64,000 nt of DNA from Octopus sinensis (GCF_006345805.1 NC_043006.1:72540001-72604000), one strand, 5' to 3'; counted from the first letter of the stretch, positions 10,823-26,500 are shown. The notes: generated by a model not told the origin, from the letters alone. Numbers and translations: made by a program.

Positions 10823-13800
10823 TGAGTGAGTGAGTGAGAGAGAAGCTTAAAATCTTCAGAGCTGATTCAATGACTCCCTTTTAAATCTTCCTTTGCCTAC
10901 TTCTACCATGGTTATTATCCTATTGATACCTGTTCATCCAGTTTGTCACACCCATAACATATTTAAGTATAATTAGAAGTACTTATTCTTATAAAATAAG
11001 CTGAAGCCAAACAAATATGTTTGAGTTTCAAAACATCGAAAAAAAAAAATATTTAGATTTCATTTCATGATTTTTTTTCTTAGTTAATTTTTCTGTTTTT
11101 TTCTTTTGTATTCTCAGAAATCTATTAGTGAAACAGAACTGAACTCTGAACAAAGTTGTCCTTCAGAAACGGGAGATGATGCAGACTCTATTCCATCAGT
11201 AAATGAATTTGCTTCACCACCAACACCAACATCTCCTGCAGTGAATAGCAGTGACTTCGTCAATCCTAGAGGTATCCGATTTATGCCACAGCAACATCCA
11301 AAAGAGGGTAATCTTTAGTTCCCGGCTTCTGACATTCTGATATATTATTCTTTACTCCCACTTCCACCCCTCAAATACATGCCCACTCAATAAAGGGCGA
11401 TTTTCCCTTTTTCTTGCTTTACTCTGTCTTGCTAGTTACTTGACAACTTCACCTATGTCAGTGACATGAAAAACAACACCCAGTACACACTGTAAATTGG
11501 TTGGTGCTAGGAAGGGCATCTGGTCACAGAACCCATCCAAAAGCTGACATTGAGGCTGATGCAGTTTGATGGTACATCAGACACTATTATACCATCCAGC
11601 CTATGCCAGTATGGAAAATGGATGTTAAATGATGATGATAATGTTGTTGTGTAGTCAGTTTAATAGCTGTCCTTGTCAAATTTGCCAATAGCTTTACATT
11701 TGCAAATTGTATAAAAGTGTATGTTTATGCATATTTATGTGTGTGCTAGTGTTAGTTTCTGTGCGTTTTCACTTTGAAACCGTTTGAGCAACAATTCACT
11801 CAGTTATATCTGTAAATAATATGTCCTGTAGCTCAGCAGTTTCACATAAACGAAAAAAATATATATATTCTGTGTTTTATGGCATAAAAGCTGCACAGGC
11901 CTATCAAATGCATCACAATTTCAGCAGTGTTGATTCGGGTGAAAAAAAAACGGTTTTTTTGTGCATTAAATAAGGTTTATGGAAGGCCAGAATTTGCATA
12001 TGAGACCAAGTCATTTTTTTGGAAAGAAAAATGTTTTATTTGTCATCAAATATGGTACCTTACAAAAACAAGGGTTAGCAACAGGATAACCATCCAGTCA
12101 TTTAATATATTTCCTCAGTAAATCTTGCCCAACCTATGGCAGTATGGAAAAAGTGAGAAGCAAGGCAGCTGGGTCATTATTGTTGTCTTCCTTCTTTCCT
12201 TCCTTCCTCCTCTATGTCTCATTCTTTTTTCTGTTCTTTCTCTTTTTCTTTCTTTTATTAATTCTCTCAGTATGGCTGAGCTTAATCTTACTGTGGGTTA
12301 GCCTCAAACTTTCAATGTGGTCTTATAATTCTAAAATCAATTTTCACTATTATTGAATGATTTGCTGACAGGAAAACATGAATGGTGATTTTAAAGTACT
12401 ATTTAGATGTGATATTAACTTAGAGTGAGGGTATATTATGTAGTGGTGTGTTTCATGGACTCAAGTTTTTTGACCAGGTAGAGGATTGTATCCTTGAGCA
12501 AGGCATTTCATTTCACATTATTTCAATACTCTCATCTGAAATGAGTTTCATCAATGATAACTGCAGGTTAACCCTGCAATGTACTGGCACCCTGTTCAGG
12601 AAAAAGTCTTGTACTAAAACTCCATGGAAACTGAGATGAGCTGACTTAATGACTCTATCTGTAGGTTTAAAATAGACTTTACTATTGTCATTAAATTAGA
12701 AAAAAAAAATTCAAACATTGCATGCACATACATTAAAAGTAAATGTATAAATATAGATAAGCAGGAAATAGAGAAACACTGAGACTCACTCACTCTTTCT
12801 TTCTTATCTTTTATTGGCTGTTTATTTACAGCTTTAGGGGAAATGGTAGAAACCTGGTCATACTAAGTCTGTATGTTTGAGTTAAATTTAGTTTAAGTTA
12901 ATACATGGTTCCAGCTGTTTTACTTAGAATGAAAGAGCCATGAACGTTCCTGTCTAACATTCCACCATCCCTGCAGGCCGTAGAGACAGCAGGGATATCT
13001 CTGGTCATGAACAAACTGATTTTGTTTATTGAACTACATCCCTACTCAGTTGAGGGTTCTTGTCTTGTGAGTAACTTGGTGACATCACTAGTGCTGGTTC
13101 CACATAAAAAGTACCCTGTACACTGTAAAGTGATTGGCATTAAGAAGGGCATCCAACCATGCAAACCATGTCAATGACGACTCTAGAGCTCAATGATATC
13201 CTCTGATTCATGAGATCCAGTTGAACTGACCAAACCATACCAGCATGGAAACTGGACATTAAGCAATAATGTTGATGTCTAAGATAACTAAATATCTATT
13301 TTCTGTTCCATTGACATTTAAGAGTTTGACAAACAAATGTTTTATAAAATTCTTTTTCTTTTCAATTGCTTTTTTTACTTTAATGATGGGGATTGTTATT
13401 TTTTAGATAATTACTATTTTACTACAAATGGAACTTTTTTTTTTTCACAGGTACTAATCCACTAATACCTTATGGTCTCCCTTGTGTAAGGGAATTGTTT
13501 CGGTTCCTTGTATCACTAATAAACCACTGGGACCGACATAATACAGATGTTATGATCCACATGGGTCTTAGTTTGCTGACTGTAGCCTTGGAATCTGGTG
13601 CCGATTCTATCAGGACATTCAAATCCTTGTTGTATTTAGTCAAAGATGAAATGTGCCGCAATTTGTTCACTGTAAGTTTACAAATTTTACTCTCTCTCTT
13701 CACTGTTCAAATCAAAACTTTTCTTACAGAAAAAAAAAAACGAAAATATGTTAAGCTTTTTTTTATCTTAAATTAAAACAAGAAGTTATTTCAGAAAGTA

Positions 13801-16800
13801 AGTTCCTTTTAAGAGCATTGTTCTTTAGATACCATTACTATTGACCATTCCATAATAATATATTAAAATATTAATTTAGAAAAGAAAAATTATTACTCAG
13901 TTAGACAAAATGCCTTACAAAATATTATGGCCCTTAACATTCTGAGTTCAATACCACTAAGGTCAACTTTGTCTTTTATATCTTTCTGGAGTTGATGAAA
14001 TAAAGTACCATTACTCGATCTATTCAACTGTACTTCTTCCAACAAAATTTTAGGACTCATACTCATTGCTAGAAACTACTTCTACTACTACTACTACTAC
14101 TACTACTATTATTATTATTATTATTAGCATCGTTGTTATTGTTGTTATTATTAACAACAACAACAGTGGTAGTAAGGTGTTGAGCTGGCAGAATCATAAG
14201 CATGCTGGAGGAAAATGCTTAGCAACATTTCATCCATCTTTACATTCCGCATTCAAATTCTGCCAAGGTTGACTTTGCCATTCATTCTTTAGGGGATCAG
14301 TGATATAAGTACCTGTTGAGCATGGATTGGAGCTGTAGACTGGCTCCCTCCTCCAAAATGTCAGGCTTTGTGCCTATAGTAGAAAGAATTATTCTTTTCT
14401 ACTCTAGGCACAAGGCCCAAAATTTTGGAGGAGGGAGCCAATCGATTAGATCAGCCCAGTATGAAACTGGTACTTAATTTATCAACCTCAAAAGGATAAA
14501 AGGCAAAGTTGACCTGTGCGGAATTTGAATTCAGAACCAGATTGTGTTAAATGGAATAAAAGATTCAACCTACTGCTGCAGAACTGGTAGAGTATATTAG
14601 ACAGGCTTTCGAACAATTTCCATCTACACAGTTTATCTTACAAGGTTTAGGTTGATCCAAGACTGTGGTTAAAGAGACCTGCCCATGATGCTGTGCATTT
14701 AGATTGGACCTAATATGACATGATTGCAAATAAACTTCATAACAAAACAGCCATGCTTTCCATTTTCTATTATTTTATGTTGTCCTTATGTTTTTCCCAC
14801 TTTTTTTTCATCACTTCAGCTGCTGCAGTCAGAACGATTATCTCTCTTCACTGCCACTATTAGAACTTGCTTCCTCCTCTTTGAATCAATGCGTAGCCAC
14901 CTCAAATTTCAACTGGAGGTTAGTAAAACAAGATTGTTGTATTTCTGCAAATGTCATAATGTTTTTTGCTACTGTTTTCATTTAATATTTCAATGTTAAC
15001 TTTTAGTCTAAATATTTAAAGCTTTTTTTCTTTTAAATACTGAATGAATAAGTTTCATCCTTTAGCTATGTAATGGCATTCATCACTTTTCATAGATTAT
15101 ACTATATTTATTCATTTAAAATTTCTTTTCTCTAGATGTTAAAACCTAAGTATTAGGGGTACACAGTGTATTTGAGAACTAAATGTTAGATATTTTTTTT
15201 TCAGTCAAGTGTGTTACCATATTCAGAATGATATAACAAGAAATAATTTAGTTTTATTTATTACCCAAACTGATAGATGTTTATTGAAGACTTAGAATCA
15301 CTATAATAATGTTGCATTTTTCTATTAATGTGATAATACATTAAATGTTCAGCACAGCTGGCAGATATACATTTCAAGCAGTCACTAGTATGGAAGGCCA
15401 GAATGTAATACTTCCGTTATCAAAAATCCAACTTGAATTATTTAATGTGAAGATTAATCTAAGAACTCAATAATGATAATACTTAGTTACTGTCTCTATT
15501 GAAATATAAACTGAAAAAAAATTGTTCCTGAAATACTATAATTATTATAATGAATCATCATTATACATGTTTCGTTTGAAGGAACAAACATATTTGATAT
15601 TGAGAGTATTTCAACTGGTGTTTAGCAGAAGTGCTAACATTTTGCATTATGTCTTATATGTGTATCATCTTTATCATCATCATTGAATGTCTGTTTTCCA
15701 TGGTGACATGGGTTGGACAGTTTGACTGAAGCAGACCAGCTAGATAGCTGCACCAGGCTACATACATAGCATCTCTCTATATATAAATGGCAAAATATCT
15801 GTCTGTCTGTGTGTCCTTTATACAAATCCACAATGTTTCAGTTAGAGGGCTTGCACTTTCTATGGTCGTTCAAAACTGTCCAAGGGTAGTTGTACATATC
15901 TTTACATTTCCCCAGTTACCCCACAAAGCCATTAAAAAATCAATAGAAGTGACTTTTTTTGTGAATTTTCTATCCAAAACTCAATCAAAATGCCCGAAAG
16001 TTGATACGCCAATTGAATGCCAGCTAGCTGTATGTGATTGGTCGGAGATTTGGACAGTACACGCGTGTATGTGTGCACGCATGCAGCTGTATATGCATGC
16101 ACTAGCACTATGACCCGGCAATAATAAATATATATCATCATCATCTGTCTTCCATGCTTGCATGGGTTGGACACACACACACACACACACACAGTTTAAT
16201 CTCAGGTTTCCCTGATCAAAATACACCTGATTTAAAGGCATTCCAGTCATAAAACTATCGCTTTTTATTTTATAGGCATATATTTAGGATTACATTTTTC
16301 AATGTATCCTTTCTTTCTTAAGACACCAAATTGTCATTTGAGAGAGATTTAACTGCATTTGTAGCAGGTTGAGTAGCCATGTACAAGTTCCATCATTGGT
16401 TCATTATTTATATATTTGTTTGTTTTTTCAATTTAAAAAAAAAATATCTAGATGTACCTGACCAAACTAAGCGACATAATTGTATCAGAAGCTCCTAGAA
16501 TACCCTATGAAATGCGTGAGATTTCTCTGGAAGCTGTTGTTCACCTATGGCGAATCCCTGGACTTGTTACTGAACTCTTTCTTAACTATGACTGTGATCT
16601 CTACTGCTCAAACTTATTTGAGGACCTTACCAAACTTCTTTCAAAAGTATGTGTGTATATATATTGTTATATTCATCTTTATTCTTCAGTTATAAACATA
16701 ACATGCTCATACTTGTAACTAGCTACTCATGCACCACTAAGACAGTTGATTGTTTCTAAACTTACTATAAGATATTTGTGTATATCTTAGCTTAACTAAT

Positions 16801-19800
16801 TGACACAGACTGCCTCTGTCGACTGAGAAGACATTAGAATCCTCCTTGTTTCATTACTAGAAAAAGTATTTTCGTACTTATAAGTTTATGCTAACTCTGA
16901 CTTAGCCATAGTAAATAAGTTACTATTCATTGGTCACTATTTTATTACTAACATAGGAAGGTCAAATGACTGTAAAACAACTCTATGATGTAATAAGTAT
17001 AAATGTTTAATTACATCAGCTATACTGAGTTGGGGGTTGATTGATTAAACTTAAGTGAAATTAGTGTACAGTACATTTCATGTGGTGAAAACATGCCTGA
17101 GTGGGCCATGTGTCATGTAGTTGAAATGATAGGCTTAACCTGTTACCTAGGTTAACTCTTCTCCCTGGCCATTCTGGTGTAAGTATTCAGTCTGGTCTCT
17201 AGGCTGAGGATAAATGTTTTTCCCATTAGCCTTAGAGACACTTAAATGAATTATGAACAATGTTCCCTCAAAGCTGTTTTGGTGTACAACCACACAGTCG
17301 TTGAATTGGTGTCACTCACATCAAAATGTTATCATGCATTTTAATTTATAAACATGCTTGGTAAGCTGCATGAAAGTTTAAATGCTGCACATTGGCTTTG
17401 AATTTTAAAATATATTTGCTCAAAGCAGAAAATGTTCTGCTTAGTAGTTCTCTTTTACTCTCTTTTACTTGTTTCAGTCATTTGACTGCAGTCATGCTGG
17501 AGCACCACCTTTAGTCGAGCAAATCGACCCCAAGACTTATTCTTTGTAAGCCTAGTACTTATTCTATCGGTCTCTTTTTGCCGAACCGCTAAGTTACAGG
17601 GACGTAAACACACCAACTTCGGTTGTCAAGTGATGTTGGGGGGACAAACACACACACACACACACACACATACATATATACAACAGGCTTCTTTCAGTTT
17701 CCGTCTCCCAAATCCACTCATAAGGCTTTGGTCGGCCTGAGGCTATAGTAGAAGACACTTGCCCAAAGTGCCACGCAGTGGGACTGAACCTGGAACCATG
17801 TGGTTGGTAAGCAAGCTACTTACCACACAGCCACTCCTGGGAAAATATAAAGGGAATGCTAGGTAGTTATTACCTTTTCTTTTTCCTTTGACAAAGCCAT
17901 TAAGAAGAATGAAAATTGTCTCTGATTTTTATAAAAATGTAGCCTTCTGTAATTATTATTATCATTTCTAATTCTAATTTGTGTATGCTTGTAGAATGCA
18001 TTCCCAGTGTCGGGTATTTTTACCACTCATTTATTGTCACTGGATGCCCTTCTCACTGTTGTTGACACAATCGAACAACACTGTCACAGCCGAATCCTCT
18101 CCTCCACCAAAGCTGCAGCAGCAGCAGCGGCTTCAGCGGCAGCAGCAACCAATGGTGAGTCAGTTGATGCCGGACAACAATCTACTTCAAATACGAATGG
18201 TATGTAGAAGTACTTTATAACCTAATCCTAACTACTCCACTTCTTGGTTGATACCCACAAAATTATCCACCATCTTTCCAACTACAACTTTGGACACCTT
18301 TTCTTTATCTATATGTCTAACACCTCCAGAAATGCTTACAAAATCAGAAAAGCAGCACTGCACCCATGAATGTTTTTGCACATGGAATTGCTGAAGCATG
18401 GAATAAAGTACCCACATCAGTTGTTATCTGTCAGGACCCTACAACCTTCAAAACTTTCATACTTCCTGGAATTTACCAACAGTATACCTGAACCCCGCTT
18501 GTTTTTTTAACAACTTCCTGTGCATTATTCTATGCTGTTTGTGCACTTGTGGCTGCTTTTTCTGATGAGTTGTAGTGCACCTGTGCACTGTAGACAATAA
18601 GTGCATTGTTATTATTTTAGCATTATTGTTACTGCACATCTGTTCATCTGTTTTATTTTCTTTTGGTGCAGTTGTGCTGGCATGAATTGGATGGGTCTCA
18701 TAATACCCTGACACTAGTCACAGTATTTAGTCACGTGCACATATACTCAGCAACAGAAAACTATCAACTTTTGTGCATGAGGAGACCTATTGAGTCCAGT
18801 ACATCAACATCAAAATAAAAATCAAATGGAAATTGTAATTGTGATAACTGTGCCGGTGGCATGTAAAAAGCACCATCCGAACGTGGCTGATACCAGCGCC
18901 ACCTTGACTGGCTTCCGTACCGGTGGCACTTAAAAATACCAACTGATCATGGCTGTTGCCAGCCACCAGTGGCACATAAAAAGCACCCACTACACTCATG
19001 GAGTGGTTGGTGTTAGGAAGGGCATCCAGCTGTAAAAACACTGCCAGATCAGACTGGAGCCTGGTGCAGCCTCCTGGCTTCCCAGACCCCGGTCAAACCG
19101 TCCAACCCATGCTAGCATGGAAAACGGACGTTAAATGATGATGATGATGTCATGGTTTTTAACAGCTGGACACCCTTCCTGGCATCACCCCCTTCACAAC
19201 ATAGATCAAATGAATTTTAAGGCAGTACGAAAGAATGCCCTCAACCCTAGACAGGTTACCTACATTTTGGCTTTCAAAATACACATGTCCTCCATTTGTG
19301 TGTGTGTGAGTGTGTGTGTGTGTGCCTGCACACTTTTTATGACAGGATATTTTTCATGCTGTGAACCACTTCACAATATAGATTCCAGTGCATTTTATGC
19401 TACTGACACTAAAGAGATAGTTTGCAGCAGATAAAGAATAAATATATTTTACAGTTAAACACCTTATGCTACATTTAAAAAAAAACAAAAAAAAAACGGG
19501 CATTTGACTTAATTCACCAGCATGTTTCAACAACCACTAATAAACCAACAAGAGAGCCTCTATGTGGTTGTTTGAGCTTCTAGAAATAGCAGTCAAATCA
19601 CCCTCAAATCACACCCTACTGTCTTAGAAAAATATATTAGATAATGATATCCTGGGATCCCTTTACAGAGGAAAAAGAAGTGATGGTCACAGTTGGAATG
19701 CATTTGATCTATTTTACTAATATTTTAATATATGTTTATCTTGCACTGTCTTAATTATATTGTTTAGCTTTATAAGTATTTGGGCTATGTATATTTTATT

Positions 19801-20444
19801 GCAAGTTTTTCTTGACCTGCATCTTTCTTGGTATCAACTACCTCGCCATGCAATGTAGTTGTATAGGATGCCTGTCTGTCTCATTCCAGTTTAGATAAAA
19901 TGATGTAGACAGACAGACAGACAGATAGATAAATAAAAACAATATACATATATTTATGAATTCTTTCAGAGAATGTACCAGAAACCAATAATTCAAATTC
20001 AAGTGTTAAGCCATTGACGCCTCCTGAAGTTGTAGACTTACCTCTCACTTCTGGTTATGATGTCGGACAAAAGATAATATCTAAAGAAATGACTACAACA
20101 GGTTTGTTTGATATTTTTGATTGTTGAATTGTTTCTCTATTGATTTTATGAAGGGGACGACCAAAAAAAAGAAACAGCTTGTGTAAGGAAAACTACTGAT
20201 GGTCTGAAATTATTGTAGATTATCTTTTTTTTAAATTTTTTGTATCTTTTTACTTGTTTCAATCAGTGAACTGGAGTCATACTGGAGCACTGCGTTCAAA
20301 TGTTTAGTTGAACAAACCAACCCCGGCACTTTTTTTTTCACCCTATCAATCTCTTTTACCAAACTGCTATGAGGATGTAAACAAACCAACACTGGTTGTT
20401 AAACAGTAGAGGCAAATACAAAGGCACATCTTCACACATACATA

Positions 20445-20487
<43 letters not shown>

Positions 20488-20490
20488 GTG

Positions 20491-20524
<34 letters not shown>

Positions 20525-23500
20525 ATCATCATTACTTAATGTGTACCTTGCATGCTGGCATGGGTTGGATGGTTTGACAAACGCTGGCCAAGCAGAAGAC
20601 TGCATCAGACTTCTGTGTCTGTTTCAGCACAGTTTTTACCATTGGATGTCCTTCCTAACACCAACCACCCCGCAGAGTGGATTGAGTGTTTTTTATGTGG
20701 TACCAGCACAAGCAAGGTCAGTTTTGGCTTGAGTTTTATTGCTGTATTGCCCTTTCAAATGCCAACCACTTTACAGTGTGGACTAGATGCTTTTTATGTG
20801 GCACCAGCAGGCTTCCACACAGTTTCCATCTACTAAATTCACTCAGAAGATTATAGAAGACATTTGCCTAAGGCACCATGGGATTGAACCTATGCAGTTG
20901 TGAAGTGAGCTTCTTAACCACATGGTTACATCTCTTGTAGATTTTTATTTTTTATTTTATTTATTTATATATTTTTTCCAATTTAATGGTCTGTTTACTA
21001 AGTTCCAAATTTCTTAACAGAACATACCTGGCCTCAAAAACCAGCCAAAGAAATTCAAAAGGGACCCCAGATCCGACCAAACAGAATGAAAATTACTGAA
21101 AAGGTACCTACATCTGAGGAGCTAGCTGCACTGAAACATAAAAAGAAGGCAAGTATTTAATTAAGAGCAATAACATATGCCATATTTAATTTCATATAAG
21201 ATGGAGTTTTTTTACAAAAATTTTTCCAGTTCAATATGCAAGAGTTGGGCCTCCCATAAGCTAATTTTGTTCTTGATACTCTTTTTCTTGTATATGTACT
21301 GCTGAAATTGGGTTGCATCTAATATGCCCATGTGTTTGTTTTGCTATCAAATACAGTAATTGTTTAATCCAAGTACACGTTAATAGAGAAAAGAATTGTG
21401 TTGTCTTTCTTCTGTTTTTATTTAACACTTCTGTCTTTTTTTTTTTTCTTTTTTTTTCTTTTTTTTCAACTTTGGGTTCATTTTGAGAATTTTAATGAAT
21501 CTTTTTCTCTCAGTTTGGATTTTCAAAATTATAATAGAATTGCTTCTGTAAGTTGAAATCTTTGTGGCACAAATTGAACACATTTTACTAACTGAAATTG
21601 AAATTAAATTGGGTTAAAGTTTTCGATTTTTAATATTTTAAATTCTTATTTCAATTATTTGTAGGTTTTGGGGTTTTTTTTAAAATTACTTTTCAGCCTC
21701 TGATTTCAGCTTTTAAATATTCATGTCTTATCAAATTGAAAATTTTGAAGTGTTAAAAAAAAATTTAATAAAAATTCTCAAGTTTACTTTTATTTATTTT
21801 ATTTTTTTAATACCAAATTCTCAAACAGATTAGTTTAATTTGATTGGTCTTATCTGTTGATTTTCAGATGTATCAGAGTGGAACTGAACAATTTAATGTA
21901 AAACCTGTGAAAGGTATACATTTCCTACAGGAACAGGGCCTCCTTTCCACCCCTTTAGATCCAGGTGAAGTGGTCACATTTTTAAGAGAGAATCCTAAAT
22001 TGGATAAGAGACAAATTGGAGAATACATCAGTAACAAGAAAAATGCGAAGATATTTGAAGCTTTTGTCAAGTACGTGTTTTACATCGTCATCAACATTTA
22101 ATACCTGTTTTCCATGTTGGAATGGGTTGGGTGGTTTGACAGGAGGAGCTGGCCAGCCAGAGAGCTGCATTGTGTGTCTATACATTTTTTGGTATGTGTG
22201 TGTCTATATATGTGTTAAGCATCAGGTAGAATGCTTTTGCAGTATTCATTCGTGTTGTCTTGGCTGTGATGTCAACGTTACTTTTCATCCTTTCAGTAAA
22301 CCAAGTCCCAGTCCAGCACTGGGGTTGATTTTTCTCTCTCTGTTTTTCATTCTCATCCTTTCTCTGTTTGTCTGTCTGTCTCAACTAGAGATAAGCTGAT
22401 CAAGCTTAGAGAGTACCACTTGGTTTATATACCCAACAGACACCGCATATCACAACAGTGCTCCATTAGTAGTTGAGAGTCCAATGCAAAGCAAGCATGT
22501 GTGTTTGTTGTGCCTGTATCTATCTGTGTCACTGTTTTTACATTGTTGCAGTTTAAGATAATAATGTAGTGTCTGTTTTATGTTCTATGACTTAGAGATT
22601 GCTCAAATGATAACCAAACATAAAGCAAGTTCTGGGGTTGATATAATCAGCTTAAATTCTTGAAAGTGGTGCACCAGTATGACCACAGTCCAATGACTAA
22701 ATTAAGTGTCTTTTTATCTTTTTTTATTTAAAAAAAATCTTTTTTCTGTTGTAGATCCTTCAATTTCAATGACACACGATTGGATGAAGCTTTGCGTCTC
22801 TACTTAGAAACATTCCGTTTACCTGGGGAGGCTCCTGTAATATCCTACATCATTGAAATGTTTGCTGAACATTGGCATGTAAGTATCATATAGATGTTGA
22901 TATCTCTTTACTAAAATATCTATTTTTTTCTATATTGTTTTTATTTTGTACTTATCTCATATTAATGCATGTACACATCCAAAAACCAACACCCACACAT
23001 GTACACACACACCTAAACAGTGGCTGGTAAAACCTTGGAATATCAGACAAAATACTTTGTCGTATTTTGTTATATCCATTTATTTGCTGAGCTAAAATCA
23101 AATCCCATCTGACCTTTGACTTCTTTTTACATTCTTGCTTCCAAGGTTAATAAAATAAATAGCAGTTAAGTGTTCGGGTCAGTATAATCAACTATACTAT
23201 TATATGTGGTTACCGGCATAACCACCTTTTAGTTATTAAAAATGGTAAAAGACGAAGACAGGTGAAAGAACAACATCCAGGTGTATTAGTTTAATGCTCA
23301 GGAAGAATGGGAAAGTCTTTGACGTTTCGAGTCTACACTCTTTGACAGAAAAAATTGAGAGGGAAAGAAATGGAGAGAGAAAAAGAGGTGTAGGGGTTAA
23401 TGGTTTGACATGATGAAATGGTCAGAAGGAAGCAGCAGAGTGGAAGGGAAATAATAACGATGACCTGTTCGAACTAGGGTGTGCAAGCGCATGTGTATGT

Positions 23501-26500
23501 GAGAATGGGGGTGAGTGTGTGTATGTATGTGTGGGTGAGCTTAAAGTTATGTGGACCTCTCTGTGTGTGTATAAGACAATCACCAGCAAAAATAGGCACA
23601 GGAGTGATTTTGTGGTAAGTAACTTGCTGATCAACCACATGGTTCTGGGTTCAGTCCCACTGCATGGCACCTTGGGCAAGTGTCTTCTACTATAGCCTCA
23701 GTCTGACCAAAGACTTGTGAGTGGATTTGGTAGACGGAAACAGAAAAAAGCCTGTCGTATATACATTTGTTTGTGTGTCTGTTTTTGTCACCACCCCCAC
23801 CATCATCACTTGACAACCGATGTTGGTGTGTTTACATCCCCATAACTTAGCGGTTTGGCAAAAGAGACCAATAGAATAAGTACTAGGTTTACGAAGAATA
23901 AGTCCTGGGGTCGATTTGTTTGACTAAAGGCAGCACTCCAGCATGGCTGCAGTCAAATGACTGAAACAAATAAAAAAAAATATATCAAATCTTACATCTG
24001 TTTCCCATGCTAGCATTGATAGGATGGTTCTTAAACTTGCTTTAAAATAATAATAATAACAATAATTTAACATATATATGCATGTATATGTGTGTGTGTA
24101 AATGTGTCAATGTAAAATCCATACATAATTCGTAAACACTATTTCTACGAAAATTGCATATCTCTAAAATAAAATATCTTCATATCACTTAGTAAATGTG
24201 TGTGTCTGTAAACTTGTATGTAAATATTCCATATTTTCTGCTATTTGGTTGCTATTTCTAGCTAATCATGCAACCACATTAAGGCTTCTTTATTGGCTTA
24301 TGTGAAATAGAGTTGTCAGATTATAGCCTTTCCCTTAAATTAAGCTGTTGACATTAATCTTTTCTTGTTTGTCTTCTCAGAATTATAATATATCTTAATA
24401 TATTATGTTTAATGTTTCAGAAAACCAACGGGGAACCTTTTGCTGATTCTGATGCTGCATTTACACTGGCATATGCTGTGATTATGTTAAATGTGGACCA
24501 GCACAACCACAATGTTAAGAAACAGAGTACACCTATGACTGTTGATGTAAGTATTTATCTTGTCCTTCTAATGAACTAGTTTAATGTATGTTTGCTATTG
24601 TCTGAAGTATGTTAAGAGTGATAAACTGTAATGGATGTAGATGGCTTGTAACTTCTAGAGCAAAGGACCAAGGTCTTGCTAGTTTATTATACAATAGTAA
24701 TTTCTGAATGGTTATCTAAAATGACTAGGAATGCAAGGAGTAATGATAGGTCATGAAAAAAATGGCTTGCAGGGAAGTTGTTAGGTTTGATAGAAAAATT
24801 AATAAATATGGATAATTGAATAGAATTGTCATGTCATCATAAAGGGAAAATGTTAGTTAAATGATATATTAAGTCTTGTAAATATGGCCACATTGATCTG
24901 CCTATAACATTTGTTTGTCATCCTCCATAATATATAGAGAGTTATATTTAAGCAACTGCCTTCTACTGTAGCATCAGGTGAATTTGATACATGGAGACGC
25001 TATAAGGCTTGTCATACACACACACATACTTATGTATGTGTGTTTGCATTGATCTTTGTTATGCACTTTGCTCTTAACGGTGAACTTTATTGGCAATTCC
25101 TTGTCAACAAATAGTCTGCTAACTCAACACTTTTGAAGGCATGATTAAAGTATCTTTTACTTGAAAACTAGGTGAAGGTTAGAGATGGGAAGACACCTGA
25201 CTATAAAATGATGTCTCAATCACATGTATTCCTCTAACTCATGCTAACATGGAATAACAGTTGTAAAAGAACTGAACAAACAAATGAATTGCAATAAATA
25301 AATGGATAAGTTAGAAGCATAATTGGGACAATGAAAGGAAACTGACTTTTCAAAGTGATACAGTAATGAGCCAATAATTGCAAATTCAAACCTTGTTACA
25401 GCCATCATATTGTGCCTTTGAACAACAGTATATATAATTGTATTAGTCTGTTTAAATTAACATGGTCCTGCCTACAGTGGTTACATTCTGCCGTGGTGTT
25501 GGATGCCTGTGAGGAACGGATGTAATATAGTGTGCTTCAACTCACTGGTAATCGCAGACAGCTGGCAATCAGAACCCAAGTCCAAATGCAACGATGACTA
25601 GTCTCTGGCTGGAGGAAGAATATTCCCAAATGATCTGGTACCTCAGCCATCTCCAAGGAGCAAAAGCCATTATAGTTATAGTAGAAAAGGTAGAGACAGG
25701 CCATAGGCTGGAGGCTATTGTATATGGGGCCACTGGCTGGAGTGTGTCTGTAAATAACTTTAGACCACATCCTTTTCTGGATGTCTGTATATACAGCAGT
25801 AGTACTGTTACAGATGTGAGAGCAATATTTCACTATGTGCTTTATCTGACCTTTGCTTTGTAGTGTGTTGACAAGCTCCCATGCAGTATTAAAATGTGTA
25901 TGCTTATAAAATGTTGAACTTTTTTTCCCCAGGAATACAAGAGAAATGTCTCAAAAACCAATGGTGGTAATGATTTTGATGAGGATATGTTGGAAGATAT
26001 TTATAATGCTATTCGGTAGGTATTCAACCCAATTTAGTGGCGAAATTAGCTTCTTAAAATAAAATTTTGTTGCTAATTTGTATAACTAAGAGATATTTTT
26101 ACAGAAACCTTACTTAGCACTTTAAGTATTTTTTCCTTTCATAGAACTCTAAATATTAGGAAGATAGAGATTAAATTTCTTCATAAATATGGCATTATTG
26201 TGATTTTTATCATGTTAATTTTCTAAGATGTGTTAATACATGATTTTCTGTGAGATAAGTGGTGTTAAATGTCTTGCTCAAGAACATGTAGAAAATTCTC
26301 CAACAAAGGAAATATAAATTCACAGTTCATTTATTTATTTATCTGTTTCAAAGTGGAGGGGCCATGGCTTGGTGAGAAGAGGTTATCTTCTTAACTAGTC
26401 TTGAAGGCCCGTTTTCATTGCCTCCAAATCTGATGGGAGGAAATTAACCTCAGACTGGAGGCCTTATTTGAAAGCTTCCAACAGCATGGCCACTGCTGAA

